Source: Polymyxa betae A26-41 | Taxonomy: Eukaryota; Protista; Endomyxa: Phytomyxea | Assembly (NCBI GenBank): GCA_003693705.1 | Contig: RBZT01000759.1 | Span: 1-35,284, forward strand | DNA length: 35,284 nt | Direction: 5' to 3' | Shown here: one piece after another, positions 1 through 11,000 of the stretch | How the letters are laid out: every line of letters starts with the position of its first letter | How positions within the stretch are numbered: the stretch's first letter is position 1 | Notes under the pieces: model-generated | Seen by the model: only the letters and a program-made list of their open reading frames with translations | Databases searched by the model: none | What the model was told of the DNA's origin: nothing | Made by a program: the position numbers and the translations under genes

Positions 1-131
1 TACTCATTATAGATTATTATAAAAAAAGATAATATTTTTCATTAAGAAAATAATTTTTTCAGTTTTTTAATTTTTTCCCTGAATGGGCGGGGTGGGTTTT
101 TATTTGGTTTTGTTTTTTGAATTGTATGGGA

Positions 132-428
132 TTATTTTTTTTGATTGATATGCGGGTTTGTTTTTAATTTATCATTATGCCTTTTTGTTTGTAAATGTCT
201 ATTTAAATGCTTGCCAAAGTATTTACATAAAGAACAATGATTTTTTGAATTATTTTTATATTTAATATGCTTACATTTATTACAAATTATATTTTTAGGT
301 GAAATTGTATTTTCAGTTGAATTACATAATCTACATTTCCTATTCAATAAATCAGTTATTAAATTATTCTTTAATGGTTCTAATAATTGATTTAATATAT
401 TATTGTTAAGTTCTTTTTCTAAATACAT
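132..428 (-). CDS. Small Asn/Lys-rich zinc-finger protein (two CxxC pairs plus a C2H2 finger) of the AT-rich element
   Basis: 98 aa ORF with CRLC...CNKC and CSLC-x9-H-x5-H (CSLCKYFGKHLNRHLQTKRH). Intronless, AT-rich codons unlike host genes. Confidence 0.7.
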   Translation of the reverse strand: MYLEKELNNNILNQLLEPLKNNLITDLLNRKCRLCNSTENTISPKNIICNKCKHIKYKNNSKNHCSLCKYFGKHLNRHLQTKRHNDKLKTNPHINQKK

Positions 429-480
429 AATAATAAAATATTATTTTACTTTTAAATTGATATTTCTTTAAAATGAAAAT

Positions 481-801
481 TAATTTTGAGTTTAAAGGGA
501 AAATATATTTGGGTGGAAAATTTTTTTGGAATGATATTTTTAGAAATTGAAATTGGAAAATGACAGCGGGGATTTTTTGAGGGTTAGGGTTTGGAAAAAT
601 AATTTTGAGTTTAAAAGAAAAATATATTTGGAGGAAAAAGTTTTTGCAATGATATTTTTAGAAATTGAAATTGGAAAAAAATGACAAATTGATTTTTTTT
701 TAAATTTGGGTTTGGAGTTAGGGTTTATTACGTTATTGGGTGTTATAACGTGATATTATTGAAAATGGAAATTGGAAAATGACGAGAGGGGATTTTTTGG
801 G
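481..801. repeat. Imperfect ~119-bp direct repeats (2 full copies plus 1 partial) in the putative terminal inverted repeat
   Basis: TAATTTTGAGTTTAAA...AATATATTTGG...TGATATTTTTAGAAATTGAAATTGGAAAA(AA)TGAC at 481-564 and 600-685; partial copy TGATATT..GAAAATGGAAATTGGAAAATGAC..GGGGATTTTTTG at 751-799. Confidence 0.85.
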
Positions 802-856
802 TGAAATGGTATGGGGGGAAATCGGGTGTGATTTTGTTATTAACTCCTCATCTACT

Positions 857-914
857 CACGATCAAGCTGTTCAGAGGACCAACCGGGTCCACGTCCTGCC
901 TTTGACTGCGACAT
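857..914 (-). other. 5' fragment of a minus-strand ORF (MSQSKAGRGPGWSSEQLDR) abutting the AT-rich element
   Basis: ATG at 914 gives 19 codons with host-like GC; the frame closes (GAG TAG) immediately inside the AT-rich segment. RGxxWxxE/QxxxL resembles the start of Myb/SANT-like domains. Confidence 0.35.
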
Positions 915-1307
915 TTGTTACCGGGGAGTCGATCTAGCAAGCAGCTCCAGCGCGAGGACGTTCAGACAGACAGAAAACCCTAGCCCAGCACTGTAAATGC
1001 CGCAAGAAAGTCCGAGCGTGGCCTCCAAAATGCGAAGCGCAGCCCGGCGCATTTTATTGAATTTGTCGAGACCGGTATTTAATCTCAACAAATATACGTA
1101 ATGTTTGCGAGAGGCTGCGCGACCGTTTTGCGGCACTTTTGCGCATCGCGCATTTTTCCAAATACGCGATTTTTGGAGGTCTTCCACTGCCAATCTCAGA
1201 TTGAAAAAAGCCCGTACGCGCTTTTTTTCCTCATTAGACAATGCTTAAGGTCGAGCAAGCGATGTTAATTTAGCAACAATTGTAGACAAAGCATATTCAT
1301 TTACGCG

Positions 1308-3472
1308 CTAGACTGGTTTAGAACGCACAATGACATTTAGTTCACCTTGAAGCTTTTCTCGACAAAGAACTTCAGTTCCAGAAATCTGGATATAACCTCT
1401 TAGTAATACATCAAAGAGTCATAGCAGTCTAAACATACCGATTTGTTGGCAATTCGAGTGCCGAATTGGATCGCACGTTTCTGCAATTGGGCTAAACCAG
1501 GCAACCCCAGATGAACAGCTAGCTGTCGAAGAAGAAGCTTATCACCACCTTCAGAAGCCGGCAAGTCTAAACGAGATACCTGGACAGAAATCAGAATTGT
1601 AACATAGGATGACTTTTACTCACTTCGTTCAAAGGCAAAGATCGAACAAACTCGCGAACGTCACGATCTAGGTAGCAATACATTGTATCCCTAAACAAGA
1701 AATCAACTTCTGCTGTGAATCTCGGAAACGACGAAAATTTAGATTTTCGTGAACAATCAAACATTTGGCAACAAGAGAGAGGTGCAGGTTTACAAATTAC
1801 CTGCCGCTATCAGCAAGCAAACGATCGTCTCTACCCATATTTCTTCTGTAAAGCCTCCTCTGATCCAGCTCCAGTTCACGCCTTGCAAACTCCCAACCGC
1901 CGCGCTTATAAGCGGTTCGATGGCGGGCGTAGCCTCCGAACAGCTCGTCCGCTCCAAGGCCGGATAGCAGCAGGCGACATCTTGATCGATATTGGCCCCA
2001 GGCCTGATAAGCCGATTAAACGATAGAGTCATGCTGGAACGAGCTCATTCCACCTCGGTTCCGTCATAATAGGATTCAATGTTAGTAGGATCGCGATATT
2101 CAACACTGCTGTAGCGGCAATGCTGGGAGATGATCGGTTGCCTAGAGATAGTGTCTCGTAATACGACACCCTGCCCTCTTCCACTAAACCACAGAACCTA
2201 AGACGTTCTCAGAAAAAAAATTAAACATTCTCAGCTTGCAAACCGAGCCCAGATTAAAATCCATGACAGTCACGCTCGGCTTGATCAGATCGTAGATGTA
2301 TTCAGCGTGCCGAGACAGTTCGTCAAGCTCGACGTTGATCTCAATCAAGCGCCATCGTCGTTCAGGAAATCGCTGCTGCAGTTCAAGCATTGAGTTAATG
2401 GCAGTCTGGCGATCAGGTACGAGCATCGGCTGTGTCCCGAAAGCGAAATTCAACAAGTCGATGGGTTCTTCGATTGGGATGTGTTCATGCGCAAACGCAG
2501 CTATAATCACAGTTAACAAAAAGAAGTTAAGCGAAAACCGGTCATACCAAGAACAGAGCAGTCGAGGCCGCCAGAAAACAGCAGGCCGACACGAGCGCTA
2601 TCAGTATCGTCGCGGTGATGGTTTCCAAGGCAATGTATACGTCGAGCCATGGCTGCTGACATTAGGCGATGCAGCATAGTAACATTTTCGTCAACATAAT
2701 GATAAGTTTGGGGAAAACAGGGCAGAGGAGGATCGGTATTCTCATCGAGCTGCTTTCCGGTCAAATGTGACCAAGAGTAATGCTCGACAGAATTTGGTAA
2801 TAAAGCGTTCCGAGCTGAAACAGAGAAAATCCCGGTACAGGGCACCTCTTTCCAATCTGTTTCGTCATCGATACAGATCGAAGCGATTTCCAAGGATAAG
2901 CTGGAGCGGCGCATAACAAGGCTTCGTCGACCTGATGAAGGATCTTAGCCGAGCAATGGAACCATAACGAATTCATACCGAAGAAATCACGCCCGAACCA
3001 GATGCAATCAGAGGCCTTATGGTAGAAGACAAAAGCGAATGGGCCTCGAAGAGTCTCCAGATGTGAAATAACGTCATCTGGTTTGTTTAAATTGCCAAAT
3101 ATTTTAGACAGTGATTCAGTATCACTGGATTCTGCAGGAATATCTAAGGACAGCATTAGTTTGAATAAAAAAAAATCTTAGAAAAACCCTTGAATTACGA
3201 TAAAAAACAAGATGAAAAAATTTACCATTTCGTTCAGAGTCGAATCGGAAGATTTCTCCATTGAAAGCCAGAACGTTGCCGGCAGAATCATGAAAAGGTT
3301 GTCTGGTTAAGAAGTCGCCCTGGATATGCAAGATCGAGGCGCCCAAGCGAATTGATGGCGTCACCTGATCGATACGGCTGTAATCTGGGCCTCGATTCAA
3401 AAGCCATTGGGGAGGCTTCTCAATTGAAGCATCGCCATTATTCGCGACGACCTGCAGCCAGATTCCACACAT
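1308..3472 (-). CDS. ASNSD1: Asparagine synthetase domain-containing protein 1 (N-terminal class II glutamine amidotransferase + Asn synthase domain), ~9 exons
   Basis: MCGI N-terminus, RGPD, NGEIF, FGRDFFG|RRSL, LLFSGGLDC, LLNFAF, PDRQTA, SGLGADELFGGYARHR, NMGRDDR and KRAIQFGTR joined across GT-AG introns; last exon ends ...RSKPV* at 1308. Confidence 0.9.
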
Positions 3473-3704
3473 GCTACGACGACATTAATCAATCAAGTTT
3501 TGCCGCGGTCAAGAAGTCGGCAATGAAGACACTTCGAACATCAGCTGTGGACGCTTTGCTGGCTGCAGATTCCAAAGCTTAATGATAGAGCTTTACCTAT
3601 ATGATGGTAACACCACCGTTCTGTTGTTTATTGAAAACGCCGTCTTAATATACTATAATGTGAAGCTTATTCTCTAGGCTCAAGTCTCCCTCTATCAAAG
3701 CTGT

Positions 3705-5120
3705 TTACCATGTTTGAACAATAACGGGGACGTTTGGGATTGGCGATTCCCCAGCCAAGGAGAAGGACGAGACAGAGCGTTTCGTTTTCTTCACGGCCAG
3801 CTCGATTCCTGGAACGGTCGCCACTTTGGTTGCAGTTGATGAATTTATCGGTACCTGGATGGCCCTGAGCAAGGCGCTTTCCGATAGCATGAGCATTTCC
3901 CAGGATACGACCAGCAAGACCCATTGTGACCCGGCCTTGCGAACCACAGCGAAGCTGGCAATACAGCCCATCATCGTTATCAGAAAAACGCTGATCGACA
4001 TGGTTCGGTTAACAAAACGGGCTCGACGTTGACGCTCGTCCATCGACAAAAACACGACGATCTTGGGATCCATGATTTCACGACAGAGTTTCCTGCCTTT
4101 AACCAGGAAAAATGTGCAGATCGGTAGAAGCATAGACATCTCGATTACAGCGGCAGCCGATGTCGCATTCTTTGGTGTCCATCGTGGTGAGATAAAAGAT
4201 CCAATTCCTGATATCAAGTCATAGCATGTTAGGGCGACCGCACTTGTGATCAAGAAGTTCTGACAACAACGTTGGCGAAATTGTCCGGCCTTGGTCATTC
4301 CCAGCGTGTGAACGATGCGCGCGAATGTGATACTGATGGCAACGGTTGAGGAGAACAATAAATCCAATGCTAAGCGGAATAGCAAAAGGGAAATTCCAAC
4401 TGATATCAGACGACCTCCGCTGGCATACGCCAGGCTGGGAACGACAGCAATCCAGCTGGTGAATGTAATCAGAAAGACCGCTGCTGTTATTGCTCTTGGG
4501 GTCGAAGAAGTTCTGGAGCAATTCCAAAGCAGACATTTCTCTAATGCCCATAATGCGTTAAGAACGCCATGGATGAAAACGAACCACCAGGGGACAAGAA
4601 GCCGCTCTAGCCATATGGTGGAGATGTTTTCATCACCGTCTACGATTTGAACTTCAAGATTCGGACAGGTTTGAAGCAGCTCGTCGACAACCGCTGCGCC
4701 TTCTGAATCCAACTCTAGTATGGGCGTGATATCCATGTTCGCATGACTTGCTATTGGATGCCAGCAGCAGGCTGTAGCGCCGTTAAAGAACCGGCCCGAA
4801 GTCGCCTGGTAGATAATCGCCAAACAATGAACACGCTGACATTCAGCAGCCCATTGTTCGAGATCGCATGAACTTTGGTCCCATTTGACCTTGACGATCC
4901 GCCTAGCAGCAATATCGGCAGGCATGGAACAAACTGACGTATCTTCATCGGGAATGTCGACCAAGATCCCGGTTATATTAAACGATCCCGTGTACGAATA
5001 CCTGAATGATGGCGTCGCAACATGGAACCCTCGGTTATTGCTGCTGACGATGCGCAACGCTTTAACATGCACGAGAAATAGAGCCTCCAGAAGCAGCAAA
5101 TTTAAAAGACCGCTCAACAT
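3705..5120 (-). CDS. Intronless membrane protein: signal peptide, PA (protease-associated)-like ectodomain and seven predicted TM helices (GPCR-like)
   Basis: Hydrophobic N-terminus MLSGLLNLLLLEALFLVHVKA; PA-like segment (NITGILV...C...IVKV...C...AAECQRVHCLAIIY); seven hydrophobic stretches between residues ~170 and ~420. Confidence 0.7.
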   Translation of the reverse strand: MLSGLLNLLLLEALFLVHVKALRIVSSNNRGFHVATPSFRYSYTGSFNITGILVDIPDEDTSVCSMPADIAARRIVKVKWDQSSCDLEQWAAECQRVHCLAIIYQATSGRFFNGATACCWHPIASHANMDITPILELDSEGAAVVDELLQTCPNLEVQIVDGDENISTIWLERLLVPWWFVFIHGVLNALWALEKCLLWNCSRTSSTPRAITAAVFLITFTSWIAVVPSLAYASGGRLISVGISLLLFRLALDLLFSSTVAISITFARIVHTLGMTKAGQFRQRCCQNFLITSAVALTCYDLISGIGSFISPRWTPKNATSAAAVIEMSMLLPICTFFLVKGRKLCREIMDPKIVVFLSMDERQRRARFVNRTMSISVFLITMMGCIASFAVVRKAGSQWVLLVVSWEMLMLSESALLRAIQVPINSSTATKVATVPGIELAVKKTKRSVSSFSLAGESPIPNVPVIVQTW

Positions 5121-5375
5121 AATCGCCAGCGATAAGGGCGCAAATCAACAAGAATCATGCTGTACGACCCTGGATCATTGGTCAAAATTGACCATGATGT
5201 TGCTCACGTGACAATCGATCGAGCGCGAGTGTTTGAAGTACATAGCGGTACCAAAATTGAAACAGGCGCCAAACCGATCTGTCTGGAAATGATATCACGA
5301 ACCCGAATCAATCTGAATTCAAAGCCTGCGATTCAGTATCTAAGCAAAAAATGACAATGCATTGTGGATAGAGAT

Positions 5376-7290
5376 TTACGGCCGGAATCGGACATTTATA
5401 AGTGCATTGTTAGCAGTTGCAATTACGAAAGCATCAGAATTAGGCAACCACGAGATGCAATTCACGCCACCACCAGCTTTGAAAGTCTTAAGTAGCACCC
5501 CATCGTTTGTAGACCAAATAAATACACGATCGTGTGATACACAGGCAAGGTAGTCACCAGACCGGTTGAAAGACAACGAGATTATAGGATGAAGATGCTT
5601 GGACAAGACAAGCAGGCAAGATCCTAGAAACATAATTATCACATATCACAACGAGCATGTTTCAAATCTTTGTAAAACAAGAAACCCGAGTTTCACAGCC
5701 GTTACTTTCTCAACTAAACTTACCGTTTGCAGCGTTCCAAATTCTAACAGTACAATCAAAACTGGCACTTGCTAGAACTTGAACAGAGTGGCGTTCATGA
5801 GTAACAGCCCCCTACCAGAACCTGAATTAAATCATAATCAATTAAGGCAGAAACCGATTACCCAAGCAATACAGCAGATATCCCTTCCATGCCCAGTTAT
5901 ATCCAAAACCAATGCTTCCGATTTCTGAGGACTCCAAACCTTCACCGATATTAGTTTCCGGGGGGTTGCCAAGCTCGACAGGGATTGCAAAGCTTACTTT
6001 AACAGTGGCGTCGTCAGAGCATGTGGCAAGCAAATTTCCGGATGGATCCCATTTCACACAATTTACATCTCCAGTATGTTTACAAAATGCGGCCACAGGC
6101 TGTTCTTTCTCCATTTCGCAAATATAGGCAGCTTGATCGGCCACACCACAGGCGAATGTTGAACCGTTTCTCCAATCAGCATCTAGAACGCCAGCATTGA
6201 ATCGCCATTGCTGCACAATGTGGCCGTTTGCTGCGTTCCAAACAGCAACCGTTGAGTCCAAGGAACAGCTTAAGAGATATTGGCCGTCAGGAGACCACTT
6301 TATGGCAGTAATTGGGGATGTATGACCAGGTAAATTATGTCGAGATGCTCCTAGAAAGCAGATCAGCTATGAGATGACCGAGTTCAAACTGTTAACCATC
6401 GGACGTGAAGATCCAACAATCCCCAGTAAGGCTGGCAACAGCAAACATGCTCCCATTTGGCGACCATTGCGCCAGATGGATAGCGGCAGACGACGGTTGT
6501 TTTTCGAGCAAATTCAGACAGCGGGAGCGTGATGGATCTTCAATATGCTGCCATAGACGGGCGGTACAATCTTGCGAGCCAGAGACCAGCATGTCACCTA
6601 TCGGCCATTAAGGAAACGGCTTCGGCACGAAACGACAAAAACGATTGCAAAATGGGACTAAGTTTCGAAAAAACGAGTTCTGAAAAATAGGCTGATTTTG
6701 GTATACCATTGGGATTGACAGCACAAGTAAAAACAGTGTCGTTATGCCCTTTGTAATGAGACGTCAGCTCTCGCGAAATTTCTAACGATCCATAATCTTC
6801 ATCCATTGGAACTGGAGCACAGACAATCAACAACCAAGGAGTATAGAGACAAGTGAACTTACCATCAGGATCAAACAGCTTCGTTTTCGACTTGATATTG
6901 CACTCGTGCTTGGTAACCAGTGAAAAGGGAGCATCGCAAAGCGTTTCGGTACCATCCTGAGCACAAATGAGAATACGTTCAACGCTCAAAATGAAATCAA
7001 AGGAATGCGAAGCAACACCGAAAAGCATCTCATTACGAACATCGTTGACATGACACTCAATCTCTGTGTGCTGTAAGCCCTTCTGCAGAAAAGAGATTAA
7101 AGACCCAGGAGGGACATCGCCGCCGACAATCTTTGACTTGGCGATATGGCTCTCATTTCCTGCCCATCTCTTAGACATATTACAGATAATAAGCTCGCCG
7201 CTTACCGAAACAGAAAGCCGAATGGACAAATCCAGATTCGAGCAGATAGCGATAGATCAGGAAATTGACCTCGTCCGAGGTCAACGTCAT
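5376..7290 (-). CDS. TBL1X: TBL1/TBL1XR1/HOS15/Sif2-family LisH + WD40 co-repressor subunit, multi-exon
   Basis: ATG at 7290: [29 protein letters not shown] (LisH), [15 protein letters not shown], then WD40 repeats ([23 protein letters not shown]). GT-AG introns. Confidence 0.92.
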
Positions 7291-8036
7291 CGTAGCTCGC
7301 TCTTGACGTCCACAATGAAGGAAGAAGGACGGGCTGCGCTGTTGACAACGACCTTTTCACTTCTCACGCTTTGAGCTGCACAATCTCTGTATCAGAGAGC
7401 ATACAGGTCGGATTCGACAAGAAAGTGTTGCCGCAGCAGACACAAATCGAAGCTTGAAATACGGAGTTGCGTATTCCATCTTCACGACCATCGAAAAACG
7501 GAAAGCAGAAAGGTCGATTTAGCAAATATAACTCGTAGTATTGATACTTCTCGAAATGGTTATTGTTAAAGAAGCACTTGATTGTCAAGTAATGCTCAAA
7601 GGTAAATATGGACCCGAAGCCGACTGCTGTGAATCCGTAACAGTATCATGACGCTTCCAATCACCGTCGGCTGTGTGAATCGTGCCTCTCCGTGCTATCC
7701 CTGCTAGCCAGCCAAGGCTGCCTTAGTACAATAAAAATATGGAAGAGCCTTGTTGGGGCCAATGCCGCCAGATCAGTAGAAGTTCTACGTAAACTGAAAA
7801 CATGCATACCTATCATACGAGAATCTCAGACGCTTTACGTTGTTCTATATCAAGCCGATTCCTCAGAGAAGTTCTGTGCAGAAAGTATCGCAAACTGCAA
7901 AATCAAAAAGTCAGAACACAATGTGCGTAAAGCGAGAGGATCGTTTCCAGTGACGATCTATCTATATCTCCGCGTTCTCTTTTTAAATCGGATCGCACAT
8001 TTGCAGCCTGGTCCCTTGGGCTAAGAATCCGGCGCC

Positions 8037-11000
8037 ATGCCCGAGGAATGGCCCGGCCAGGCCGACCTGCAGTCGCGCCTAAAGAAGCTCGAAGGCATCT
8101 CCTCTTCGAAGATTGCTGTTGTCGCCGACATTGCCGTTAAATCCGTCAAAGTAACCAACTCTGCATCCTGGCCCTGGTATTATTAAATCAGCTTCGTTTC
8201 AGTATTATAAGTTTGTGGTATTTGCTGTTGAACATCATATGAAGCATGGTGATGCCAAAGCGCGTCTTCAAGGCATGTGCATCATTGATGCGATTCTTCG
8301 GAGCGCTGCCGAACAGATCCCGCTCGACAAGAATCCGTATCCTTCCCGATTTTCAAAAAATTTGGCGTTTACGCTGGGTTTGACTGCAGCCTGTTCTGAT
8401 ACCGATCGCGGGAAAATAGTCAGAATCGTGAAGATCTGGATTTCCGCTAAGCTTCTTCCGGAAAAGGCTCGACAAGATATCAACGATTGGCTGCAGAAGA
8501 GTACTCCGACAATGTTATGTATTTTGAAGGTTGTCTAAAACCCTTCGCAGATGATTCGCAAACTGCTGGAACTGTCAGAGAGCCAACTTCTCGGCTCTTG
8601 AGCATCATTGATAAATTGAAAGAGGCCCCACCTGCATCAGCCCAGCCAGCGCCTTCGCCTCCAGAGGAACTGGACACCTTTGATTACGGAGACGAAGACG
8701 ATGACGAAGCTCGCCTTGCATCCCAGGCACGGCGGCTCGAAGAGCAAAGTCGAAAACTGGAGGCTGAAAAGTGAGGCAATGCTGCATATTGGTTCCAACT
8801 CGCTTAGCACTCCGATCAGAGAAGCTGCAGCCAATGCGGCCAAGAATGGCAGCCGGCCCGGTACTGTGGATCCTTCTTCTAGCACAGATGAAGCGCCATC
8901 GTCGGATGCTCACGAGTCCGATCTGCACCGTTTCGGATTCGTTCGTTATCCGGATCAATCCAATCTCCCAGCCGGTATGCTCTGACTATCGGTATGATAC
9001 TAACATAGAGGTGTGTAACTGAGCTGCAGGGATGGTGCGCGTACTTTCCTGTGTTCTTTATATCGGCGGCATTGCAGTTACGGTCGATGCAGCCCAACTA
9101 CGATCCCAGATTGGATCTTTTGGCAAAATCGACGACGTAAGTCGAACGCTGTTAATTATGACTGCTGGTTTGATATGTACGATTTGTATCAGATCCGGAT
9201 TGTTACTGGACCAGCTGTCAATTCAGCCTTTGTTCGATATATCGATCGGGAAGAAGCCGAGAGCGCCAAAAATCTAGTCCGCAGCTACTTTCCTGAATAC
9301 AAAATCGGATGGGGCAAAGGTGCCTTCTGTCTATTATTCTGGTTTGCGAAGCTTACTGGAATTTCTTTAGGAGTTGGAGTAAACAAAGATGATTTCGATA
9401 CGAGGCAGGGCATCGGCATGGTCCCTGAAGCATCACTGGTACGAACTCCAAAGCCAAGTATTGCCGCTCGTCCTGTTCCTGCTCCTGAGTCGCATCATCC
9501 TCATCAGATCCCGGTTCAAACTACGGTCCAAGTATCGGTTACGAGTCCTTCTCGGTCTCGGCATCACGCTCAACAACAGCCTCCACAGCAACCGGCAGCG
9601 CCCTGGAACGGAATGGCCCATCCACCTTCACTTCCGCCGACAGCATACTCTATGCCACCGTACGGCGCCCCTCTTGCTCCTGCACCACCGCGAAGTATCG
9701 GGGCCGTGCCTGCGTCTTGGGATGGTGGTGGTGGTGCGAGTTATCGGGATAATATGCCTCCTGGAGTGCCTCCTCGTTCGGGGTGGGATGCAACCTCAGC
9801 AGCTCCAAGCAGTTTACCAAACTCGTCGAATTCGTTAGATTCTGGATGGAATTCGCAAAGCGTGCCACCGTCCTCTGGAGGTGCATGGGGCGACGTCACT
9901 TCAAGCTCGGCAGCTCCGCCATCTTCCTCATGGGACGGAAGGAATGCGTCGGCCAGTTCTTTCGACATCCCGCAACATGGTCGTCTTCCTGCGCCTTCTT
10001 CGTCAGGTCCACGTTCGGAACCAAGAGATGGACCTGATCGCGGAAGGGGATCCTCTTGGGATTCGAAGCCTCGTGTATCAGGTCCACCTTCGACGTCTTC
10101 TTGGGATAAAGGCAAGGATTCTTCATCTTGGGATCAAGGGTCGTCTTCTTTACGTGATCAGCGCGGATCATCATCGACATCCTGGGATAAAGGTTCTTCT
10201 GGCTCGTGGAACAAAGGCTCTGCTTCAAGGGACCCGCCTGATTCCAGAGGTGGCTCTGGCTTCGATCGTCGTTCACAAAGTGCTAGCTTTGGTTTCGATC
10301 GTCATTCGCAAGGCGACAACAATCTGTCTTCGGGCTCCTCTTGGGGTGATACTGCCCCGTCTGGGCGTGATGCATCTGCCCCAAATGGTAACGACCAAGG
10401 AAGGGGAAACAACAATGCTTCGTCCTGGGGAGACAATTCCTCTGCTTGGGGCGCTCCCAGGGACGATAATCAAAGACGCGACAGTGGTTCGAGATCTGGA
10501 GGACCACCTCGAGGTGGTGGTGGACGCTTTAATTCCAGGGATCGAGACCGCCCTCAGTCTGACAATCCCAGACCCTGGAACAACAGGGATGGCGATCGTG
10601 ATAATAATGATTCCGATGGAAGACGAGGACCACCGCGAAACAGAGATAACAATTTCAGAGGCGGTCCAAGAAACGACCGAGACGGTGGAGATAGACCGCC
10701 GCGAAATAACGACAATGGTTTCAGAGGAGGTCGAGGTGGCGGATCAAGAGGTCGAGGAGGCGGGTTCAGGGGTCGTGATAATCGCGACAGCGGCTCTTCT
10801 TGGAACAATGACAGTAACTTGGGCGGCTCTAGGAAGAACTCTCAATCGGATTCTGGCGGCTGGAGCGGTTCTGCTAACAGTAATCAGCCAAGTGGCGGCG
10901 AATGGGGAGGCTCGTCAAATAGCAATAATCAGTCGAGCACCACTGGCAGCCAGCCTTCGGCTTCTTGGAGCGACCAGCCGAGTTCTGGAACTACCTGGGA

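Larger units (their letters stand above)
1..856. mobile_element. Terminal part of an AT-rich integrated element, Polinton/Maverick-, virophage- or PLV-like (partial, runs off the window start)
   Basis: Very AT-rich (roughly 20-25% GC by eye) against ~45-50% GC host DNA, with a sharp switch at 856/857. Terminus reads 5'-AGTAGATGAG on the minus strand, fitting the 5'-AG...CT-3' termini of Polinton TIRs. Contains an intronless Asn/Lys-rich Zn-finger ORF and sub-terminal direct repeats. No hallmark gene (pPolB, integrase, capsid, ATPase) lies in the window. Confidence 0.6.

Noticed and set aside
580-726. Telomere or interstitial telomeric array
   Set aside because: Only isolated TTAGGG words embedded in a longer repeat unit, not a tandem telomeric tract.
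918-1241. 107-aa minus-strand ORF
   Set aside because: Non-ATG start and no recognisable motif; probably spans promoter or transposon-end sequence.
7618-7672. Small three-way-junction fold (AGCCGAC...GTCGGCT) in the TBL1/SCAF divergent promoter
   Set aside because: Inner stems are only 3-4 bp and there are no tRNA or riboswitch consensus nucleotides; compatible with chance.
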